A stretch of 64,000 nt of DNA from the human T2T-CHM13v2.0 reference genome, Homo sapiens, in NCBI RefSeq assembly GCF_009914755.1, contig NC_060928.1. The stretch is one strand, 5' to 3'. A model generated the notes under the pieces. It searched no databases, was not told the origin of the DNA, and saw only the letters and a list, made by a program, of their open reading frames with translations. Of this stretch, positions 51,066 to 64,000 are shown one piece after another (position 1 is the stretch's first letter; each line of letters begins with the position of its first letter). Both the position numbers and the translations under genes were made by a program.

Positions 51066-53705
51066 CAGGGGTCCCCAATCCCTGGGCTATGGACTGATAA
51101 TGGTCCGTGTCCTATTATGAACTGGGCCTCACAGCAGGAGGTGAGTGGTGGGGGAGCAAGCAAAGCTCCATCTGTATTTACAGCCGCTCCCCATGGCTCG
51201 CATTACTGTCCAAGCTCTGTCTTGTGTCATCATCAGTGGCAGCATTAGATTTTCAAAGGAATGCAAACCCTATTGTGAACTGTGCATACAAGGGATCTAG
51301 GTTGCATGCTCCTTCTGGGAATCTAATGCCTGATGATCTGAGGCGGAGCCGAGTTAGTGATACTAGTGCCGGGGAGCCACTGCAAATACAGATTAACATT
51401 AGCAGAGAAATTTGACTACACAGAGGCCATAATAAATCAATTGCTGCAGTCTCATATCAGAACCCTGTCAGTGAGTGGCAGGTGACAATAAAGCTGCATC
51501 TGGTGGCAGGCTTTATAATGGCAGGTAAGCTGATGTACTTCAATTGTGCAGCTGCATTTGGTGGCAGGCTTTAAGTCAGAATCCAACCCTTATTTTAGTC
51601 CGTGTATGTCCTGCCTATTATTTGATTTACCACTTCCCTCTGCACCTCTTTCCCGCACTGCGCACTTGTCTCAGTCACAGTTTTGGTAAGCCCACAGGCT
51701 AACCCTAGCCAAAATGAGTACAAAACAAATGCCACTGGAGAGCTTTTTTGAAAAGGGGGAAAGACTCAATGACGAGACAGCAGAAGACTCTAAGACTGCC
51801 AGCCAAAAGAAAGCTGCATTTAAAAGAAATACCAAGAGCAAGATTCCTTCTTAAATTAACGGGTTTGTTGCAATGGGTGATTCACATTCTCCAAGCCCAC
51901 TTTGTATAATATGTGGTGACTGGCTGTCCAGTGAAGCCATGAAATCCTCAAAACTGCTTTGTCACATGGAGACCACTTACCCTTCATTAAAAGGCAAGCC
52001 TTTGGAGTTTTTCAAAAGAAAAGAACGTGAACACGAAGAACAGAAGCAATTATTGAAGGCCACCACTTCATCAAATGTGTCTGCACTGAGAGCATCATTC
52101 TTAGTGGCTAACCACATTGCTAAAGCTAAAAAGCCCTTTACTATTGGTAAGGGGTTGATCCTGCCTGCTGCTAAGGACATTTGTTGTGAACTTTTAGGAG
52201 AAGCTGCATTCGAAAGGTGGCACATGTTCCTCTTTTGGCTAGCACTGTAACTAGATGAACTGATGAAATAACAGAGGATATTGAAGCACAATTGTTAGAG
52301 AGGATTAATGAATCACTGTGACACACAATCCAGGTTGACAATTCTACTGACGTTAGCAAGGCAACAGTGCTTGTTTTTGTGTGATATATTTTTCAGGAGG
52401 ATGTATATGAGGATATATTATGTGTACTTTTGTTGCCAACCATTACCACAGCTGCAGAACTATTCAAGTCTTTGAATGATTACACATCAGGAAAACTGAA
52501 TTAGTCATCTTGTGTTGGTATATACATGGACAGAGTGGCTACCGTGACTGGACAGCTTTCTGGTTTCACTACTTAGGTAAAAGAGGTCACTTCTGAATGT
52601 GAGTCTGCGCACTGTGTCATCCATAAACAGATGTTGGCTAGCTGAAAAATGTCACCCGAACTTCAAAATGTTTTGCAGGACGTCATTAAAATTATCAGTT
52701 ATGTTAAAGTACATGCCCTTAACTCTCATCTGTTCACGCAGCGCTGTGAGGAGATGGACGCAGAGCACAGACGTCTTATACACAGAAGTGAGATGACTTT
52801 CTAAAGATAGGTCACTGGCCAGAGTTTTTGAGTTACAAGAGCTGCTCCAGAGATTTCTTTTAGAAAAACAGTTACCATTGGCAGCACATTCAGTGATACA
52901 GAATGGGACACAAAACTTGCTTACTTGTTTGACATATTCAGCCTGCTCAAGAAACTCAATCTGCCACTTCTGGGAGCAACAACAACTGTGTTCAAGTTGG
53001 CAGATAAAGGGGCTGCATTCAAAGTCAAACTGGAATTACGGGGGTGACTAGTGAACATTGGGATTTCTAACACATTTTAAACAATAGCAGAGATTTTTAA
53101 AGAGACTTAGCCAGGGCCTCCTTTCTCCCAGCTGGTGCATGATCACCTCTCTCAGCTTCCGAAGAGTTTGGGCATTACTTCCCAACCACAAAAGGCTCCT
53201 GAATTGGGAAGGAATAGATCCTTGGCCCATTTGTGAGATCACAAATGACAGTGACCTTGAAAGTAGGTTTGAGATAGCTTCAAATCTCCATATGTTCTGG
53301 ATTAAAGTCACTGTGGAATATCCTGAGATTGCCACAAAAGCACTGGAAAGCCTGCTTCCATTTCCAACATCCTCTTTGTGAAGGAGGGTTTTCCACAGTG
53401 ACAGCAACCAAAACGAGATTACAGAGTAGATTGGACATAAGCAACACACTTCAGGTGTGACTGTCTCCCATCCTCCCCAGATGGGACATCTAGTTGCAGG
53501 AAAACAAGCTCAGGGCCCCCACTGATTCTACAGCATGGTGAGTTATATAATTATTTTGTTATATATTACAGTGTAATAATAATAGAAATAGAGTGCACAA
53601 TAAATATAATGTGCTTAAATCATCCTGAACCTCCCACCCCCACCGCACTGGAAAAACTGTCTTCTACAAAACTGGTCCCTGGTACTAAAAAGGTTGGGAC
53701 CACTT
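51066..53705 (+). mobile_element. Near full-length Charlie3 (MER1-family autonomous hAT DNA transposon), inactive
   Basis: MER1-type ends caggggtccccaatccc and ggttgggaccactt. 8-bp TSD gtataggg (51058-51065) and gtgtaggg (53706-53713). The internal broken transposase has a BED-finger remnant PLCIICG...KLLCH, plus KKPFTIG, FWIKV..EYPEIA.KAL..LLPFPTS. Confidence 0.88.
51714..53524 (+). pseudogene. Disrupted Charlie/Buster-type hAT transposase ORF
   Basis: ATG at 51714 (MSTKQMPLESFFEKG). Fragments 51873-52250 and 53139-53381 resemble the ZBED5/Buster family. Multiple frameshifts and stops. Confidence 0.8.
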
Positions 53706-53786
53706 GTGTAGGGTAAGGCACAGGTATCTAAAACTTTGAGAGAAGGGAACTTTCCTTTTTTAAAAAAAAAGAAAAAAAAAAGGAAT

Positions 53787-54067
53787 TTTGTTTGCGACAG
53801 GTCTTGCTGTGTTGCCAAGGTTGGAGTGCAGTGATGTAAGCATAGCTCACTGTAACTTCAAACTTGGAGTCAAGGGATCCTCCTTTTTCAGCCTCTCAAG
53901 TAGTTAGGACTACATGCGCTCCACACGTGGCTAATTTTTAATTTTCTTTTTAGAGATGGAGTCTTGCTATGTTGCTCAGGCTGGCCTCGAACTCCTGTTC
54001 TCAAGTGATCCTCCAGCCTCAGCACCCAGCATGCTGGGATGAGAGGTGTGAGCCACCACACCCAGCT
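53787..54067 (-). mobile_element. AluJ
   Basis: Diverged antisense dimer. Confidence 0.85.
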
Positions 54068-54344
54068 AGAACCTGTCTTTATGTTTAGAGGAGCTGTAGT
54101 CACAAGAGGGTGGGGCATACCACCCTTGCTTTTTTTCTCTGTCTTTGTCCTCTGAGGGCTAGTTGGCCCTCAGTGGAGAAACATTTGGTTGCAAAAAGTG
54201 TCAGAACTGGGTAAATAAAGCCCCAGCTTTCTTGGCAGAGCTGAAAAGGTGAGCCTCAGGGAACCCAGAAGTACGGGGGAGATCAAGCAGAGTGTGGAAC
54301 TTGGAAAAGTGATCTCATAAAACTATAAACTCCTGGAGATGAAA

Positions 54345-56120
54345 TAAATGGAGATGACAGAAGAGAGTCAGGGAACTCTAAGATCATAGAAATTTTCCAA
54401 TCTGAAAAGCAGAGAGGCAAAAGACTGGAAAAAAATGAAGAGAGCCTGAGGGTCCTGTGGGATAGTAACAAAAGATCTAACTTTCACATCAGTGGAATTC
54501 CAGAAGGAAAGAAGAAGCGTGGTACAGAAAATTACTTAAAGAAATAATGGCAGGATTACAGAGAAACTGCAACTCTCATACATTTCAAGTAGGAATGCAA
54601 AGTAGTACAGCCACTGTGGAAAACAGTTGTATCTTGTAAAGCTCATCATACAATTACCGTATGTCCCAGCAGTTCTACTGTGGGTTTTTAACTCCACACA
54701 ATGAAAAATTTAAAGTGAAATGAAAACCTACATTCACACAGATATCTGAACACAAATGTTTACAGTAACTCTATTGATAATTATTAAAAGCTGGAAAAAC
54801 CCAGTTTTGTTCATAGATGTTTTCCTACATGTGAAAAAATCTCTGGTGCATCATACAGTGGAATTTTACTCAGCAATAAAAAAAGGTATGAGCTGTTGTA
54901 TAGACACAGCAACTTAGAATCTCAAAAGGTTTTGTACTGTAACTTAAGTGAAAGAAGCCAGTCTGAAATTGTTACTTACTGACACCAAAAGCACAGACAA
55001 CAAAAGAAGTAGAAGATAAATTGGACTTCATCCAAATTTAAAACTTTTGTGCGTTAAATGACATTATCAATAGAGCACAAAGGCAACCCACTGAATGGGA
55101 GAAAATATCTGGAAATCATATATATGATATGAGACTTGAATCTACAGTACATAAATAACTTTTACAATTCAATAATAGAAAGATAAATAACTCAATTTTG
55201 AAAGGAGCACAGAGCCTAAATACATATCTCTCCAAAGATGATATACAAATGGACAATAAACACATAACATTATTAGCTGTCAGGAAAATGCAAATTAAAA
55301 TCACAATGAGATACCCCTTCATACTCTGTAGGATGGCTATTATTTAAAAAAATAAAATAACAAGTGTTGACGAGGATATAGGGAAACTGGAACTCTTATT
55401 TATTGCTAATGGGAATGTAAAATACTATAGCCGCTATGAAAAACAATATGGCAATTCTCAAAAAATTAAACATAGAATTATATGATCCACCAAATCCACT
55501 TCTAGATACATACTGAAAAGAATTCAAAGCAGGGACTTGAACAGATGATGGCATACCCATGTTCACAGTAGCATTCACAGGAGCCAGAAGGTACAAGCAG
55601 CCCATATGACAATTAACAGATGAATGGATAAAGTGCAGCACACACATGGAATGCAATAGTATCAGCCTTTACAAATGAAGGAAATTGACGCATCCTACAA
55701 CATGCATGAACCTTGAGAACATTTTGTTATGTGAAATAAGCCGGTCACAAAAGGACAAATATTGTATCATTCCACTTGTATAAGGTACCTATAACAGTGA
55801 AATTCGTAGAGATAGAAAGTAGAATGGTGGTTGCCAGGGGCTGGAGGAAGGGGGCAATGGGGAGTTATTGTTTAATGGGTTATATACTGTTATTTTGTTT
55901 ATATGACATTTTCAAAAAGAACACTAGTAAATAAGTGGTTACCAGGAGTCAGGAGTGGATGGTGTTTGTGCCTGAGAGAAATCACATGAGGGAATTTTTT
56001 GGATTCTGTATCCTGTATTGGAGTGGTCATTACCTGAATGTATGCATGAGTTTCAAAAGATACACCCCCCAAAATGTTAATTTTACTATCTTTCGATTTT
56101 AAAAATGTAACTTAAAAAAT
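54345..56120 (+). mobile_element. Old L1M ORF1 and 3' fragments with a nested L1MB 3' part (~54980-55880)
   Basis: gagcctgagggtcctgtggga...ggaattccagaagga (ORF1-like); gacaccaaaagcacag...gaaataagccggtcacaaaaggacaaatattg (L1MB 3' end). Confidence 0.75.
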
Positions 56121-56218
56121 ATATAAACATATAACAACATAATTAGCTTGTTAGGAGCTGTAGTGGTGGTCAGGCAGGGGTTTGGGTTTATGCCTCTAGA
56201 TCAACAGTGAAAATAATT

Positions 56219-56789
<571 letters not shown>

Positions 56790-57165
56790 TTATAGCATCT
56801 TAAAGGGCTAGTTTAAATAATTTTAAATGCTAAACTAAAACTAATTTTTTTATTAAGAGGTAATAAATGCACATAGTGAAATATTTAGAAAATACTGAAT
56901 CGTCTAGGTAAGAATACAAAAATCATTCAGAATTCCTGTAATCATTCACCATTTTAGTACTTTTTATTACTGCTCTTTCTGTATGGACGTATTTTTTTTT
57001 TATGTAATTGCTATTATATATTGACTTTCGTATTCTTTTCCCTTTAACACTGTATCTTGAACACTTTCCCATGTCATTAAAATCCTTGCAAAGTATTTTA
57101 ATAGCTGTTTCATAACCTATTATGTAGATATATAATTATTTATTCAACTTTATTTCTTTTGTTGG

Positions 57166-57548
57166 GCATAATAGATACATAGGAAACCAGAAGTCTATCA
57201 GGATCCTACAAAGCTTTCTTTAAAAACAAAACAAAACAAAACAAAAAATGCTTCTGCTATAGCAAAGACTTACAAAACAAAAATGGTGACTTTTACTCAT
57301 TCATTTCCTCAGACATCCTTCAGTCTGTCTTCTGTCCCAGGAGTCAGCAAACCAAATCCAGCTCTCCACCTGTTTTTGTAGAGAAAGTTTTGTTAGAATA
57401 CAACTGTGCTCATTTATGTATTGTCTATGATTTCTTTTGCACCAGAACAGCAGAAGTGGAAGAATTGTGACAGAGGCCATTTGGCCTGCAAAACCTAAAA
57501 TATTTACTGCCTTACCATTTACTAAGAAAGTATGCCAAGTCCTGTTTC
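57166..57548 (+). repeat. Copy 1 of a ~380-bp dispersed duplication containing MER58A
   Basis: Nearly identical to 58753-59130. Confidence 0.95.
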
Positions 57549-57666
57549 TAATATCTCATTATTATAAATATTCTAATGAACATAAATTCAAGGCTCTCAT
57601 ACACACAGAATGCATTCTGTGTCTATGTACGAATGTGGCATTGTTTATTAAAAAATCTGAATTTAG

Positions 57667-57965
57667 ACAAGGTACGATGGCTCATGCCTGTAATCCCAGC
57701 ACTTTGGGAAGCCGAGATGGGAGAATCGCCTGAGCCAAGGAGTTCAAGAGTAGCCTGGGCAGCAAGATGAGACCCCATCTCTATAAAAATTTTAAAAATT
57801 AGCCCAGCGTGGTGGCGCATGCCTGTGGTCCTGGCTACTTGAGAGGCTGAGATAGGAAGATTGCTTGAGGCCAGGAGGCCGAGGCTGTAATGAGGTGTGT
57901 TAGTGTCATTGCACTCCAGTCTGGGTGACAGAGTAAAATGCTGTCTCAAAAAAAAAAAGAAGAAA
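57667..57965 (+). mobile_element. AluJ, sense
   Basis: Dimer plus poly-A; tgaatttag on both flanks. Confidence 0.88.
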
Positions 57966-58752
57966 GGTGAATTTAGTGGGTATAAACATGACATCATTTT
58001 CTTCATTCTCTTTCAACTGTGCCCGGTACTACTTCCCTTCTGCGTTAGACGCACGCATACTAGACAGATCTCATAGTTCCAGTGCCTGTGTTCCAGTTCA
58101 AAACTCTAATCTCATATCCAAAGATTTCCCTTGACTAATTTGGAGCCAGGCTTTGATGGCTTGTGTGTCCTGAAGTGGGGAGCACTTATTGCGATTTCAG
58201 CCTCCCAGGTTTGATCTTAGAATACTCAGTTCTAAGTACCTGGCCCCCAGTGCCTTTTCCAGGCCTAACTGCTCTGGGGTAGATGCCTGAAGAGGAGATT
58301 AAGGGGGAAAACCCAAATGCCTCTACTTCCCCGCCCATATTTGTGGTCCCCATTTTGGGTGGTTTGATTTCCTTCATATAGCACATGTTCAGTCATTCAG
58401 TCTCTCCTTCCTGCAGGTACCACCCAGTCTTTACAGATGAACCTCTTGGAGACTTTCCTCCTCACTTGGCTTCTGCTGCCTCTTGGGTTGGGTGTTGATT
58501 ATGGTAGGACCTTTTTGGTGGCCTTAATTGTTGGCATCTTTCTTTAGAATATAGGGTACTGAATGCCTTTTTTCCTTTCAGATTTGAGTCTTCATTGTGA
58601 ATCTTGAAGAAACTTGTTTCAAATGCATATATAAAGTTTATATCAGCTACTGAAACCACTGCTAAGCATTTTAAAACATTTTAAATGACAATGCATTTCT
58701 TAGCCAGACAACTGCATAGTAGATACATAGTAGGAAACCCTAAGTCTCAACT

Positions 58753-59130
58753 GCATAATAGATACATAGTAGGAAACCAGAAGTCTATCAGGATCCAACA
58801 AAGCTTTCTTTAAAAAAACAAAACAAAAAATACTTCTGCTATAGCAAAAACTTACAAAACAAAAATGGTGGCTTTTACTCATTCATTTCCTCAGACATCC
58901 TTCAGTCTGTCTTCTGTCCCAGGAGTCAGCAAACCAAATCCAGCTCTCCACCTGTTTTTGTAAAGAAAGTTTTGTTAGAATATAACTGTGCTCATTTATG
59001 TATTGTCTATGATTTCTTTTACACCAGAACAGCAGAAATGGAAGAATTGTGACAGAGGCCATTTGGCCTGCAAAGCCTAAAATATTTACTGCCTTACCAT
59101 TTACAAAGAAAGTATGCCAACTCCTGTTTC
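58753..59130 (+). repeat. Copy 2 (likely donor) of the ~380-bp duplication containing MER58A (~58920-59126)
   Basis: MER58A ends caggagtcagcaaac and gtatgccaactcctg; nearly identical to 57166-57548. Confidence 0.95.
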
Positions 59131-59737
59131 ATACTCTTCTAGAATTCTTTCTAAAACATAGATCAGATATACCATTTATCTGCTTAGAAACATCAAATGG
59201 CTTTTCACTGCTGACGGGGTATTTTCTAAGACCTTTACCTTTAAATCCCTTTGCAACCTAGTTTCAGATCACTCCCTCTGGTTCAAATTCAGTATTTCCT
59301 GCTGTTTTCAGTTGTGCAACTGGAAGACCAGACTTACAAATGGCAGCTTGCAGGCTGAATTTGGCCACTGGTCTTACTTTTTTGGGCCCAAATAGTGGTG
59401 GTGGTTTGTTTTGTCTTATTGAATCAGGATTTAAATACTGGACAGTATCCCATAAAAATCCAGATTTTTAGCTGTTCTTGACAAATCAGGAGTTCTGAGG
59501 ACATTGGCCCCACAGCCCTCAGTCTGTTAACCCTTAGTTGTAGCAACTCTGCTGTCTCCACCCCTAGTGGTTGCTCTCCACCTCAGCACAACCTGTATCA
59601 CACACATGGTATAAGCATATGCACCTAAACCCAGTCCTCCTCACTTGTACATGTTTCCCACTTTGGCCACTGTAGGCATTTGAGTTCGTAACCCTGGACC
59701 TAGATACAATGAGCTACCTCATGGTCCCCTGATCCAC

Positions 59738-64000
<4,263 letters not shown>

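Noticed and set aside
51873-53449. Domesticated ZBED/Buster-like gene
   Set aside because: Many stops and frameshifts with retained TIRs and TSD indicate a decaying transposon.
58709-58786. Short direct repeats as a CRISPR-like array (also 14221-14291, 40598-40648)
   Set aside because: Only two or three adjacent copies, no unique spacers, eukaryotic intron context.

Overview
AT-rich primate (almost certainly human) genomic DNA from inside the nuclear gene MRPL1 (mitochondrial ribosomal protein uL1m), + strand. Five internal coding exons (4063-4321, 6077-6160, 8041-8112, 14960-15071, 30087-30193) have canonical AG/GT sites and splice into one open frame, from ...[13 protein letters not shown]... 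to ...[10 protein letters not shown]. The first and last exons lie outside the window. The rest is intron, densely filled with transposon relics: more than 30 Alus, a 5'-inverted L1PA, several old L1M copies and an L1PB, L2/MIR, MLT1 LTRs, MER58 elements and a near full-length Charlie3 hAT transposon. Almost all ORFs in the supplied track are repeat-derived. I see no new multi-gene system. The best leads are: a candidate NMD-inducing cassette exon in intron 6, with a 70-nt mini-intron in front of it; a ~380-bp templated insertion with microhomology at both junctions; a twin-primed L1 with a ~1.6-kb gap; the Charlie3 with TIRs and TSD; and several fold-back or palindromic repair scars. Exon numbers, repeat subfamilies and repeat boundaries come from recognition by eye and are approximate.
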